In this document: positions 39,551 through 49,178 of the stretch, in pieces | Layout of the letters: each line of letters starts with the position of its first letter | How positions within the stretch are numbered: position 1 is the stretch's first letter | Assembly (NCBI GenBank): GCA_905478415.1 | Contig: CAJQIG010000002.1 | Coordinates: 5,573-69,572, forward strand | From: an uncultured Patescibacteria group bacterium | GTDB lineage: Bacteria; Patescibacteriota; Microgenomatia; UBA1400; PJMF01 | DNA: 64,000 bases | Direction of reading: 5' to 3' | The notes under the pieces: generated by a model | Databases searched by the model: none | Told to the model about the DNA's origin: nothing | Seen by the model: only the letters and a program-made list of their open reading frames with translations | Translations under genes and position numbers: made by a program

Positions 39551-40083
39551 TGAAAAAAACGTATAGATTATTCTTAACGCTCACACTCTCTCTCCTTTTA
39601 TTGAGAAAGACTCAAATTGTTTTTGCTCAAACTTGCTATGATGACTGCATTTCTGGCGGAAACACCCCAATAGAGTGTAATGCTGCTTGTGGAAACGCTG
39701 TCCCAAATTTTGATGACCCAAATGACGCCATCAACCCAGTCGAAGCCCCAACTGCAGAAACCTTTGACGCCCTCAACCCACTTCAAATTGGTGGGGGTGA
39801 GACTATTGATGATGTAGCTGCTAGTGAGTATGCTGACCAACTTTCTACACCTGGTGGTATAGTAACCCGCCTCCTCGAATTTATTTTTCCTATAGCTGGC
39901 CTGATCCTCTTCTTAATGATCTCCTGGGGTGGCTTTGAAGTTCTTATGGGTAGTGGTGATAGTGGTAAAGTACAAGCCGGAAAACAGAGAGTCACAGCTG
40001 CGATTGTGGGCTTCCTGGTGCTCTTCTCTTCATACTGGCTGATTCAAATTGTTGAAGCAGTTTTTGGTGTCGTTATTTTCTAG
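39550..40083 (+). CDS. VirB2/TrbC-like pilin-family protein (paralog)
   Basis: Signal peptide. C-terminus LILFLMISWGGFEVLMGSGDSGKVQAGKQRVTAAIVGFLVLFSSYWLI: TM helix, short polar loop with GSGDSGK, then a second TM helix. Confidence 0.55.
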   Translation: MKKTYRLFLTLTLSLLLLRKTQIVFAQTCYDDCISGGNTPIECNAACGNAVPNFDDPNDAINPVEAPTAETFDALNPLQIGGGETIDDVAASEYADQLSTPGGIVTRLLEFIFPIAGLILFLMISWGGFEVLMGSGDSGKVQAGKQRVTAAIVGFLVLFSSYWLIQIVEAVFGVVIF

Positions 40084-40088
40084 AGAAC

Positions 40089-40802
40089 TCAACCTCCACC
40101 AAATCTTCTTTTACGCGTAGCAAATTCTGCCAGGACTTCATCTAGTTTTTCTTTGGTAAATTCGGGAAAGTTAAATCTTGGAAAAATTATTTCCGAGTAC
40201 TGTTGTTGCCAAGACATAAATCCTGATAGTCGGATATTATCCATACCAGTTCGAATAATCACGTCAGGATCTGGCATGTAGTGTGTATCTAAATTTTCTG
40301 CAATAGTTTTTTCAGTTATATCTTCAGGTTTGAGACTGCCAGAGGCAACTTGTGTTGCAAGCTTCTGCATCGTTCGAGTTAACTCATCGCGACCGCCGTA
40401 GTTCATGGCTAGAGTAACGGTGATTTTTTTATTTTCTTTGGTTTTTTCTTCACCTTCAACAATTCTCGTTTGAATGTCCTTGGCAAAACCCTTGATATTT
40501 CCAATCATTTTGAACCGAACACCTTTTTCTCCCCAGCCATCAATGCGTTCATCAAAAATTTTTCTAAACAAGTTCATGAGAAAATCGACTTCGACCTTAT
40601 CTCGTTTCCAATTTTCTGTACTAAAAATCCAAAAAGTCAGGTACTGGATACCGCGCTCAATGCTGTGATCGATCAAATCTTCAAACACTTCGTTCACAGC
40701 CTTTTCGTGACCAATAAAAACTTTCAGGCCTCTTTCTCTGGCCCAAGATCTATTGCCATCGCAAATAATAGCTACGTGAGTTGGTATATTACTTTGTTTC
40801 AT
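40089..40802 (-). CDS. uppS: Undecaprenyl diphosphate synthase
   Basis: HVAIICDGNRSWAR and TFWIFSTENWKR. Confidence 0.9.
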   Translation of the reverse strand: MKQSNIPTHVAIICDGNRSWARERGLKVFIGHEKAVNEVFEDLIDHSIERGIQYLTFWIFSTENWKRDKVEVDFLMNLFRKIFDERIDGWGEKGVRFKMIGNIKGFAKDIQTRIVEGEEKTKENKKITVTLAMNYGGRDELTRTMQKLATQVASGSLKPEDITEKTIAENLDTHYMPDPDVIIRTGMDNIRLSGFMSWQQQYSEIIFPRFNFPEFTKEKLDEVLAEFATRKRRFGGG

Positions 40803-41364
40803 AATCAGATCCTAACACTGCTACTTTTGTATTGAATTTGCCTTGCCAGTACTCTTTGAAAATTCTAACATGCTTTGTATTTACATTTTCACCAGCTGCA
40901 ATAAAAACGTCTAGATCAGCTTCGCTGAAAAATCGAGTTTCTGCAACTTCTGCTGTTTCGAGAACAATCGGCTGGCCTGTGTGGATGCCCACGTAGTAAT
41001 ACATAAAATGTGTTTCCCAATCATAGGTATGAAATGCCTTGGTTATAAACACAAGCTCGGTATCAAAACCCAGTTCTTCTTGGAGTTCTGTGTGAGCTGC
41101 TTCAAGTGTATCTTCACCCTTAAGCACATGACCTGCAGTAACTGACCACATACCTGGATTGACAGTTTTGTAGTGACTTCTTTTTTGTAAGAGAATCTTG
41201 TTCTGACTATCTACTAAAATAACTGCAACTTCTCGGTGGGTGTTACTTGGATTGGTGTTGGCTTCTTCACGAATAACTTCACCAATAACTTTATCATTGG
41301 CATCGACCAGATCGAGCAGCTCTGCTGGCTTATTTGCCTTTTCTGTCTGATGAGAAGTATTCAT
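40789..41364 (-). CDS. Nudix hydrolase embedded in the mevalonate operon
   Basis: Nudix box GHVLKGEDTLEAAHTELQEELGF. Start moved to MNTSHQ to avoid a 41-nt overlap with mvaD. Confidence 0.6.
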   Translation of the reverse strand: MNTSHQTEKANKPAELLDLVDANDKVIGEVIREEANTNPSNTHREVAVILVDSQNKILLQKRSHYKTVNPGMWSVTAGHVLKGEDTLEAAHTELQEELGFDTELVFITKAFHTYDWETHFMYYYVGIHTGQPIVLETAEVAETRFFSEADLDVFIAAGENVNTKHVRIFKEYWQGKFNTKVAVLGSDYETK

Positions 41365-41368
41365 ATCT

Positions 41369-42376
41369 TTAAAATAGGTGTTCTTGTATTTCTCTTGGCT
41401 TTCCACCAACCTTGGCAGAAAGTGTTTTTTGAACTAATGGTAATGCCGCTAGTCGCTCGGTAACTCTGGCTTCAAATTTGGGTAGTGTCAATACATGCAC
41501 ATTGAAACCAGTGTTAATAGTGAAGTAACACTCGATTCCCTCTTCCCTCATTCTCTGAACTTCGTGTATCACCTGGACAGTACCTGGATACCACAGAACT
41601 AAAGGAGGTTGGCTTGTTAATAAAATACTATGAAACTCTAAGCATTCTGCTTCGACAAGTGCTCCTAAAGCAGTAAAATCTTTGGCTACAATATAGTTTT
41701 TAGTATCGATGATCTTTTGAGCAATGTGGTCTTGTCGAACTTTGAAAAACACACTTGATCCAGCAGTTTTATGACCTTCAGTCGAAGAAATCTTCTTTTT
41801 ACCTTGATCAACAACTGCAACAACATCCCGGATATCCCAGTGATCTTTGTCAAAAATAGTTTTTGAGTACGAAGTTTCCGAAGTGTCTCCATCAAGCCAT
41901 TCTGTAAATCCTCCCACTGCACATCGACAAGCTGTTCCTGAAGCCTGTCTGCTGAGAATACTGAGCTCTTTTTCACTAAGCTCTAAATCTAGAGCTTGCA
42001 CAGCTGCATAGGTCAATGCTGCCATTCCAGATCCCGAACTTGAAAGTCCAGTACCTCTAGGAAATGAGTTCTCTGAAACAACTTTAGCAAAGAACGCACC
42101 TGCTTTTTTACCTTGCTCTTGGGCGATAGCTCGAATTCTATCAAGGTGTTTAACGACTCGTTTTGCTTCTCTAGAATCGGTGACAATGGTTTCTCCACTA
42201 ATAATAAATTGATCAGCTTCTAAAGCTTCACGAAATTCGACCGTGGTTACAGTATCTAAACCGTCTAGTAAAATAGAAATGCTGCCATTTTCTGGCAACC
42301 GCAGAACTGGATCTTTTTTACCCCAATACTTAACTAACGCTATATCGCTTGAAGCTTTGACCGTAACTTTTTTCAT
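41369..42376 (-). CDS. mvaD: Diphosphomevalonate decarboxylase
   Basis: ASSDIALVKYWGKKD is the N-terminal MVD motif. GHMP fold and size are consistent. Confidence 0.8.
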   Translation of the reverse strand: MKKVTVKASSDIALVKYWGKKDPVLRLPENGSISILLDGLDTVTTVEFREALEADQFIISGETIVTDSREAKRVVKHLDRIRAIAQEQGKKAGAFFAKVVSENSFPRGTGLSSSGSGMAALTYAAVQALDLELSEKELSILSRQASGTACRCAVGGFTEWLDGDTSETSYSKTIFDKDHWDIRDVVAVVDQGKKKISSTEGHKTAGSSVFFKVRQDHIAQKIIDTKNYIVAKDFTALGALVEAECLEFHSILLTSQPPLVLWYPGTVQVIHEVQRMREEGIECYFTINTGFNVHVLTLPKFEARVTERLAALPLVQKTLSAKVGGKPREIQEHLF

Positions 42377-42383
42377 GAAATTC

Positions 42384-43376
42384 CTACTCTGTTTCTATTC
42401 GCACACCTTCGGCGTGAACAGCTACTTCGATTATTTTGCCACCGTGAGCTTTCAGAGCTTCAATAACTGCTGGCTGAACATCTTCTGGAGCCAACGCTAA
42501 AATACAATCACCACCGGCAGCTCCCGATGATGTTGCACCTAAAGCTCCAGCTGCAAGAGCAGCTCCAGTGAGTTCTTCCAGCTTAGCGTTACTAACGCGA
42601 AGCTTCTGGGCACATACTTGAGAGGTAGTAAAAAGATCTCCAATAGCTTTCCAATTACCTGCTTCAGCTGGTTGAGTAAAAGCATTTGCTATTTCTGCAA
42701 TTTCTTCAAAAATAGCTTGAATCTTTTCGGGATTATCAGCCAACATTGTATCAACGACTCGAATAAGTGTTGGTGTATCAGCTTTTGCACCAGAATAAGC
42801 GATCACAAGGGGGATTTTTTTAATAGCAATGGGACGAACGATTTTCGCAGGGCTGACATAGTAGAGGGTGCCACCCCAAATGGCAGCGGCAATATCGTAT
42901 CCAGAACCTACACCTTGAACCTCAATAACCGCGTTATAGCATAAATTAAAAAGCTCTTGGTTGGTGAGCTTGATGCCATATAACGTTGTTAGGGCTTTTG
43001 CAAAAGCAACGGTAACTGCACTGCTTGATCCAAATCCATAGGTCGAGGAAAAATCACTTTTTGTGGTCACAATAATACCCTCTTTTTGAGGGTGTTTTTC
43101 GAGAAAATGTTTATATAAAATTTCGATAAATCGCACTGCTTTTGGTAAATCTTTTTTTCCAAGGTCAGCCATGTTTTTTGTATAAGCCGTTAAGCCTAAG
43201 TCTGGAGCATCTAGGTGAAAGACGTCAACTCCATTCTTTTTAACCGTAGCAAACAAGCGCTGATCAACTGCCGTCACAATCGTGGGATGACCATGCACCA
43301 CTGCATAACCAACTGAGAGCATCAATTTTCCTGGTGCCGAAGCAGTTACTTGATTTTGTTCTGTTGTTTTTGTCAT
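42384..43376 (-). CDS. Phosphomevalonate kinase (GHMP family)
   Basis: APGKLMLSVGYAVV matches the PMK N-motif APGKLxLxGEY. GFGSSSAVTVA matches GHMP motif 2. Confidence 0.65.
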   Translation of the reverse strand: MTKTTEQNQVTASAPGKLMLSVGYAVVHGHPTIVTAVDQRLFATVKKNGVDVFHLDAPDLGLTAYTKNMADLGKKDLPKAVRFIEILYKHFLEKHPQKEGIIVTTKSDFSSTYGFGSSSAVTVAFAKALTTLYGIKLTNQELFNLCYNAVIEVQGVGSGYDIAAAIWGGTLYYVSPAKIVRPIAIKKIPLVIAYSGAKADTPTLIRVVDTMLADNPEKIQAIFEEIAEIANAFTQPAEAGNWKAIGDLFTTSQVCAQKLRVSNAKLEELTGAALAAGALGATSSGAAGGDCILALAPEDVQPAVIEALKAHGGKIIEVAVHAEGVRIETE

Positions 43377-43412
43377 GTGTTTACTGCTTTCTTTAGAAAG
43401 TCCTCGAAAAGA

Positions 43413-44285
43413 CTATTGTACCTCAACCATAAAGTTTTCCCAAGCCTGGGCATTACAAAATGCTTGCAACTCTTCAAGATTATGGCTTGTTGCAAGTAGC
43501 CAACCAGAGCCAGTTGTAACACCTCCAGCTCCAGTAATTTTGGTGTGGGCACCTTCTCCTTGCAACTGTTTGATCATTTTTATAGCTTTTTGACTAACAA
43601 CTCCAAGTGACTCAAGCTCAATTTGATTTGCATCAAGTAACTCACCAGTAAATGAGCCATCAAGCAACTGTTCTCTAATAAACCCACTTATGGTTCCAAT
43701 TTTTTTACAATGCTGATGTAACTTTGGATCTTTTTTAAGAGTATCAGCAACTTTTTGCACCATTTCACCAGTGGTTTCTGTAGCTTCGCCAGAATTAATA
43801 AGCAGAAATGAGTATTTTTGAGGTAACGTTAGTTTTGTACAACTCATCTGTTTTGTATCTTTTATAAATGAGTGTGTTCCTCCATACACAACCGCACACG
43901 GATCAATACCGCTAGGATTTGTATGTATAAACACTTCTGATAGAAAAACTAAATCGTACAGTTGCTCACTGGAAAGCGTGATTGAATACGTATCTGCAAG
44001 TGCTTGCATAACAGCATGCGCATATGCTGCTGAAGAACCAAGTCCCGCTTTTTTTGGCAACTCACTAACGACTGAAACTGAAACATTGCTTGCCTCAACT
44101 GAAAAGTGCTCAGAAAAAAGCGATACAATGTGCTGCAAGTAGGGAGATCTCGGTGCTAAAGCAACTTTGGTCACCTGAACAGTTACTCCTTTAGTAATAG
44201 CTGACACTACCGCTGGATAGCCATATACCACACTGTGCTCACCAGTGATAATTACTTTTCCAGGTGAAAAAAAGGTTTTGTTCAT
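43413..44285 (-). CDS. mvk: Mevalonate kinase
   Basis: SPGKVIITGEHSVVYG and GLGSSAAYAHA. Confidence 0.75.
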   Translation of the reverse strand: MNKTFFSPGKVIITGEHSVVYGYPAVVSAITKGVTVQVTKVALAPRSPYLQHIVSLFSEHFSVEASNVSVSVVSELPKKAGLGSSAAYAHAVMQALADTYSITLSSEQLYDLVFLSEVFIHTNPSGIDPCAVVYGGTHSFIKDTKQMSCTKLTLPQKYSFLLINSGEATETTGEMVQKVADTLKKDPKLHQHCKKIGTISGFIREQLLDGSFTGELLDANQIELESLGVVSQKAIKMIKQLQGEGAHTKITGAGGVTTGSGWLLATSHNLEELQAFCNAQAWENFMVEVQ

Positions 44286-44569
44286 AGTTTTTCTGCTTTT
44301 AAGCCATACGGTATCGGCTGGCTTGGAGTATTTGAAGCTAATCGACGAAGTACTAATCGGACTGCATCCCCCTTGACAAATGTTACTCCGGGAACTCCCA
44401 TAACTTCCATCTTTTTTTCTTCGACAGAAATAATCAAAAAGCTATAGGGGGAAAAAAGTGCTTGGGCTGTTGGAGGAATAAAAATCTGAGTCGATTGAAC
44501 AACTGTACCTGTTTTAAATAACAGGTTTGACCAGTTACCTTTTTTTCTCCAATATTCTGCTGGTTTCAT
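44282..44569 (-). CDS. DUF35-like OB-fold protein (archaeal thiolase/HMGCS scaffold-type)
   Basis: 95-aa ORF translationally coupled between the thiolase and mvk. The position matches the archaeal thiolase-HMGCS-DUF35 trio. Only weak sequence motifs. Confidence 0.4.
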   Translation of the reverse strand: MKPAEYWRKKGNWSNLLFKTGTVVQSTQIFIPPTAQALFSPYSFLIISVEEKKMEVMGVPGVTFVKGDAVRLVLRRLASNTPSQPIPYGLKAEKL

Positions 44570-45732
44570 GACTGTCCCTTTTCGAGAATATGTACCACTG
44601 CTGTAGCACCACTACCACCAACATTATGTGTCAAACCAACTGAAAAATCAGAGTTTTCACGAAGGAGACGAGTCATGTAAGCCACTTGCTTAACTCCCGT
44701 GGCTCCAACAGGGTGTCCACAAGCTTTAAGACCTCCCGAGTGATTAATTATTGGCAACGAACTTTTTAACTTCTTTTGTGAGCTTTGACGATACTGTGAC
44801 AGTGTTGTTTCTTCTTTCAACACTGCGGTGGCAGCAGTTCCTCTCTTGCAAAAACCGAGATCTTCCATTGCAAATAACTCTGCAATGGTAAAACAATCAT
44901 GTACTTCGGCAACTTGAATATCCGTTGGTTTTTTGTTTGCCATTGCATATGCTTTTTTTGCTGCATCTACCGTACTCTGCAACGATGTGAGAGAACTTCT
45001 GCGAGCTAGGTCCAGTGTTTCTTGTCCCTGCCCAAAACCAGTTAGGGCTACCAATTGCTTACGCGATGGCTTTACAGATAACACAACTGCAGCTGCTCCA
45101 TCAGTAATTGGTGAACAATCAAGAATTCTGAGCGGATCGGCTACTAACATGCTTTTTTCAACTTGGTCTGGAGTAATTGTTCTTCTGAACTGAGCTTGTT
45201 GATTTGCGAGTGCATGGCTGTGATTTTTTGCTGCAATCATACTCAATGCTCGACGCGGTGTCTGGTATTTATGCATGTGTTCTTTTGCTAGAAGCGCATA
45301 GAGACCTGGAAATGTGCTCCCATACTCTCTTGCTGCATCAGCTGCCGAGGAAAGTATCGTGGTAACACCATTTGTATCATCGGTCATTTTTTCGACCCCA
45401 ACAACTAAAACCGTTTGGTACATGCCCGAAAGCAGCGCCATCTCGGCTTGCAGAACTGCTAAACCACCAGAAGCACAAGCAGCTTCGACTCGGGTGCTCG
45501 GGGGAAGATGTGAGAAAAAGCTTGAAACAAGCGCCCCCAAATGCTGCTGGCCTTCAAATTGTCCAGCGGCCATGTTTCCAACAAAGATGGCTTCAATGGT
45601 ACTAGGCTGTATGACAGCATCTGCGACTGCTCCAAGCGCAGCCTCTTTGGCTAAGTCTTCCAAGCTGCGATCCCACAGTTCTCCGAACTGAGTAATATGT
45701 GTGCCTTGGACAAAAATGGGAAGGTGTGACAT
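44566..45732 (-). CDS. Acetyl-CoA C-acetyltransferase, archaeal-type (SCP-x-like) thiolase
   Basis: Thiolase fold with the active Cys region EAACASGGLA and a Gly-rich C-terminus HNVGGSGATA. It lacks bacterial AtoB-type motifs. Confidence 0.65.
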   Translation of the reverse strand: MSHLPIFVQGTHITQFGELWDRSLEDLAKEAALGAVADAVIQPSTIEAIFVGNMAAGQFEGQQHLGALVSSFFSHLPPSTRVEAACASGGLAVLQAEMALLSGMYQTVLVVGVEKMTDDTNGVTTILSSAADAAREYGSTFPGLYALLAKEHMHKYQTPRRALSMIAAKNHSHALANQQAQFRRTITPDQVEKSMLVADPLRILDCSPITDGAAAVVLSVKPSRKQLVALTGFGQGQETLDLARRSSLTSLQSTVDAAKKAYAMANKKPTDIQVAEVHDCFTIAELFAMEDLGFCKRGTAATAVLKEETTLSQYRQSSQKKLKSSLPIINHSGGLKACGHPVGATGVKQVAYMTRLLRENSDFSVGLTHNVGGSGATAVVHILEKGQS

Positions 45733-45734
45733 GT

Positions 45735-46781
45735 TTAGTGTCCCCTCGATGTATTTTTTAGATACTCTGAGTACGAAAGAGTGTATGACTTTTTAAGCTG
45801 GTCTGATACTAATGAGTTCCAAGCGCTTCTCTTTTTAACTAGTAAGGGAGTTGTTTTAAGTAGGAATGCATCTGAACCAGCTCCCGATCCATAAGAGGCC
45901 AATAAAATTGTTTTATTAGCTCCTACTGTATCCAGTAAGTGCGCCAATGCAATCAAAGAAGCAGCCGAGTAAGTATTTCCCACCGTTTCTACGAGTAATG
46001 AAGGCTCAATTTGTTCTTTAGAGAACCCTAATCTTTTGGCAACCTGACGAGGAAACTTTGCATTTGGCGTATGAAAAACACAGTAATCAATTTGGCTTGG
46101 TGTAAGCTTGTTTTGATTGAGAAGTTGAGTAACACTTTTAGTAATATGAGCAAAATAGGCTGGTTCACCAGTAAATCTACCTGCATGACTGGGGAATGGC
46201 GCGCCTGCGGCGCGCCAAAAGTCCGGCGTATCACTCACCACCGAAACAGTATCTAACATTTCAACTAACATCCCTCGGCTCCCAACTACAAAAGCTGCAC
46301 TTCCAGCCGAGGCCGTGTATTCAAGTGCATCTCCAGGAGCTGCTTGAGCCGTGTCGCTGCCAATAGCGAGACCTAGTTCGTGCTGACCAGCTTGCACATA
46401 GGCAGCCGCAATCTGTAAACCTTGAGTTCCAGCTTTACAAGCGAACTCTAAATCGGCAACTGCTAACTGTTCTGAAAGTCCAAGGGCTGCTGCCACGGTG
46501 GCACCTGTTGGTTTAACTGCGTAAGGGTGACTTTCACTTCCCACAAATACCGAACCCACCTTCTCTTTTTTAAAACTACTTCGTTCTAAAGCTTGCCCCG
46601 CTGACATAACTGCCAAAGTAGCTGCGTCTTCGTCAACTTGTGGTACTGATTTTGAAATAAGACCAGCCGCTTTTTGAGTACTCCCCGGACTTTTTCCACG
46701 AACCATATCAATTTCTGCAGAAGTCAATCTGCCAGAGGGGATATAACAACCATAAGAAACAATACCAATCTTTTTTTTCAT
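45735..46781 (-). CDS. Hydroxymethylglutaryl-CoA synthase (archaeal-type)
   Basis: MKKKIGIVSYGCYIPSGRLTSAEI N-terminus. Condensing-enzyme fold. Confidence 0.75.
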   Translation of the reverse strand: MKKKIGIVSYGCYIPSGRLTSAEIDMVRGKSPGSTQKAAGLISKSVPQVDEDAATLAVMSAGQALERSSFKKEKVGSVFVGSESHPYAVKPTGATVAAALGLSEQLAVADLEFACKAGTQGLQIAAAYVQAGQHELGLAIGSDTAQAAPGDALEYTASAGSAAFVVGSRGMLVEMLDTVSVVSDTPDFWRAAGAPFPSHAGRFTGEPAYFAHITKSVTQLLNQNKLTPSQIDYCVFHTPNAKFPRQVAKRLGFSKEQIEPSLLVETVGNTYSAASLIALAHLLDTVGANKTILLASYGSGAGSDAFLLKTTPLLVKKRSAWNSLVSDQLKKSYTLSYSEYLKNTSRGH

Positions 46782-47971
46782 TGGGATCGTCCTAATCGTT
46801 TATGTGCTGCTGCTAATGTATTAGTGCAAAGTGCTGCTAAGCCAGAAATTTCACCACCCAGTGCAACCGCTGCAACTGTGGCTGCTAACACGTGTGCTGT
46901 CAGCTTTTCTCCCGTAATTATCTGTTGCCACTGACGTTGTCCGGGTAGTAAAGTTCCTCCACCAACGGTTCCCACCGGCAGTGAAGCAATTTCTAAACGG
47001 ACCTGAACTCCACCTCCAACCGCTTCAAAAAAAACTTCTGCCGAAGATGCTACGTCAACCACATGTGCAATGTCTTGACCGGTAGCAACAAAAATTCCTG
47101 CCACTGCGTTAGCAACGTGCATATTCCCTGCAGGAATTCCAGCCAGTTGTGAACCAACCACATTTTTAGCAACATGTGTGGCAACTAAATCACCAGCAGC
47201 TACTTTCAGAACATTTTCTAAAACAGTTGGTGGAAGAAGTGCTTCTGCTCGTACTCGATATCCTCGACCAAGTTCCCTATTAATTCTCGATGGTTTTTTA
47301 TCTGTGCAAAGATTGCTCGATAAAGCTCTGAGTGAAACATCTTGTTTCATTTTTCTAGGAACTAACGTATTCCACCAATGGGAAAGAGCAATGCTGACCA
47401 TATTCATTCCCATTGCTTCACCAGTATCAAAAACACATCTGACAAACACTAAGTTGCCTTCAACCCATGTTTTTTGAGAAATAAAATGAAGGTGTGAACT
47501 AGTTGCAAGTGATGCCTCTTCAAAGAGTGAGCTATGTTCTGTAACCCAGTTTGCAAATTTTTGGGCTGATTTTGGAGTCGCGCACTCAAAAACAGGGGCT
47601 CTACTCATCCCCACTTTTTCTACCTGAACATTGAATTCTTTGGAAAGCGAAAGTGCTCGCACACCTCTACTTAAACTCGCAATTAGGGCACCTTCGGTTG
47701 TTGCAATTGGAACAATGACTTTAGCTATTTTGGTGATGTCAGGACCATCAGCCAAAGGAAGATTAAATGGGCCAACCACTCCAACCGGCAGAGCTACTGT
47801 GCCAACTAGGTTTTCACAATTTTTTGAACCAACAGACTGAATATCAAAAGGGAATACTTGTGTCTTTTGTAAAATCTCACCTCGAAGTTCTTTGAGCAAA
47901 CTCACTCGGGCTGAAACTTTCGCTTCTTCTGATTGATTTGATCGAATGTAAAAAGACTTTTGTGACATCAC
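46778..47971 (-). CDS. Hydroxymethylglutaryl-CoA reductase
   Basis: DTGEAMGMNMVS, the GTVGGGT motif and a size of ~400 aa. Confidence 0.8.
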   Translation of the reverse strand: MMSQKSFYIRSNQSEEAKVSARVSLLKELRGEILQKTQVFPFDIQSVGSKNCENLVGTVALPVGVVGPFNLPLADGPDITKIAKVIVPIATTEGALIASLSRGVRALSLSKEFNVQVEKVGMSRAPVFECATPKSAQKFANWVTEHSSLFEEASLATSSHLHFISQKTWVEGNLVFVRCVFDTGEAMGMNMVSIALSHWWNTLVPRKMKQDVSLRALSSNLCTDKKPSRINRELGRGYRVRAEALLPPTVLENVLKVAAGDLVATHVAKNVVGSQLAGIPAGNMHVANAVAGIFVATGQDIAHVVDVASSAEVFFEAVGGGVQVRLEIASLPVGTVGGGTLLPGQRQWQQIITGEKLTAHVLAATVAAVALGGEISGLAALCTNTLAAAHKRLGRSQ

Positions 47972-48016
47972 GTAAAGTTAGTCGCAAAAAGAGAGTCAAA
48001 TCATGCAAAGTAAAAG

Positions 48017-48646
48017 TTATTTTGTTTCTGCCAGACCTGCTTGTAACATCATCACTGTCCATGGAGCCAATTTCATATGCTTTCCACCAAGTAATACGGG
48101 TAAAGGCTGCATATTTTCAGCTAACTCATTCCACGAAGCTTCAAGAGATGTTTGCAAAGTGTAGTAGCCCTGTTCTGAAACAGCAGCTTGGATTACTTTT
48201 TTTAATTCTTCAAGTGATATCCAACTATAGTCGCTCACCTCATCAGGGTTGGCAATGACCTCAACATCATCAACATTCATAAAGAAAATTTGATCAACTT
48301 CATGTTCACTGTACTGCTGATTGCAGTAGGCTTTATACTCGAATTTTTCACCTTTTTTTAAAACCATTTGGTCAACGGAAATACCCAACTCACCTTTGAG
48401 CCTTCTGATTGCACAAGCTTCATAGGTTTCTCCATCCCATACATTACCACACACTGTATTCGCCCACCAAAGAGCTCCCACAATTTTTTTACTGCTTCGC
48501 TGCTGGAACAACACTTCTCCCCGAGCATTAGTAAGCCAAACCGAGATAGCACGATGACGTTTGGGTGGATTTTGATGAGCCGTATACTTTTCAAGTGTTC
48601 CCACTTGAGTGTCATCTGTTGATACTAAAATAATTTGTTCACTCAT
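48017..48646 (-). CDS. idi: Isopentenyl-diphosphate delta-isomerase, type 1 (Nudix family)
   Basis: WANTVCGNVWDGETYEACAIRRLKGELGI closely parallels the Idi type 1 active-site region. Confidence 0.75.
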   Translation of the reverse strand: MSEQIILVSTDDTQVGTLEKYTAHQNPPKRHRAISVWLTNARGEVLFQQRSSKKIVGALWWANTVCGNVWDGETYEACAIRRLKGELGISVDQMVLKKGEKFEYKAYCNQQYSEHEVDQIFFMNVDDVEVIANPDEVSDYSWISLEELKKVIQAAVSEQGYYTLQTSLEASWNELAENMQPLPVLLGGKHMKLAPWTVMMLQAGLAETK

Positions 48647-49047
48647 GTATTCCTAACAATTAATTTAAAGCGCAGTAATAAATACAACAGTAGTACTTGC
48701 CAATATAAACAGAAAAAGACTACCGTGTTTGACACAAATGATAACAAATCACACGACACGTAGTACTTCGTAGAACAAGAAAAGAGTATCTGGGCAAGTG
48801 GTACAACCAAAAACTTCCACAGTACCGTGGCTGCTGCTAGAATATATAAAGGAGTGACTGTCATCCAAACAAACACTTTTCCTTTTACCAAGGACTGCAT
48901 TGTCTGGTACGGATGGAGTAACAAACCTAAAGCAACTTGACCCGTGGAATAAAATAGTGAGAGAAAAACTATTTTTTTATTCATACCTTTTCGATAACTT
49001 CTAATAAAAATGCCGAGAGTAGAGATAAAGAAAGTAACACTTGCCAA
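48643..49047 (-). CDS. Hypothetical membrane protein (possible C-terminal part of an anti-sigma factor)
   Basis: Three hydrophobic helices. It overlaps 48981-49175 in another frame. Confidence 0.35.
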   Translation of the reverse strand: MASVTFFISTLGIFIRSYRKGMNKKIVFLSLFYSTGQVALGLLLHPYQTMQSLVKGKVFVWMTVTPLYILAAATVLWKFLVVPLAQILFSCSTKYYVSCDLLSFVSNTVVFFCLYWQVLLLYLLLRFKLIVRNT

Positions 49048-49175
49048 ACATGTGTGCCCACAAAAGCGGAAACCGCATCAACTTGTCTAGGAAGTAGTCG
49101 TGTCTTTGAAAGCTTTTTTTGAAACTCAGCTTCTGTTTGTAGTTTTGCTAGGAATTCTGTTTGAGAAAGACTCAT
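48981..49175 (-). CDS. Small protein immediately downstream of the ECF sigma factor; possible anti-sigma N-terminal segment
   Basis: Starts 3 bp after the sigma stop. Cytoplasmic N-terminus followed by a TM onset VWQVLLSLSLLSAFLL. The frame differs from 48643-49047. Confidence 0.3.
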   Translation of the reverse strand: MSLSQTEFLAKLQTEAEFQKKLSKTRLLPRQVDAVSAFVGTHVWQVLLSLSLLSAFLLEVIEKV

Positions 49176-49178
49176 CTG

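Noticed and set aside
45314-45691. 125-aa and 77-aa plus-strand ORFs (45314-45691, 45372-45605) and similar antisense ORFs through the mevalonate operon
   Set aside because: They are embedded antisense to strongly motif-supported minus-strand CDSs (thiolase and others). They are GC-skewed frame artefacts.
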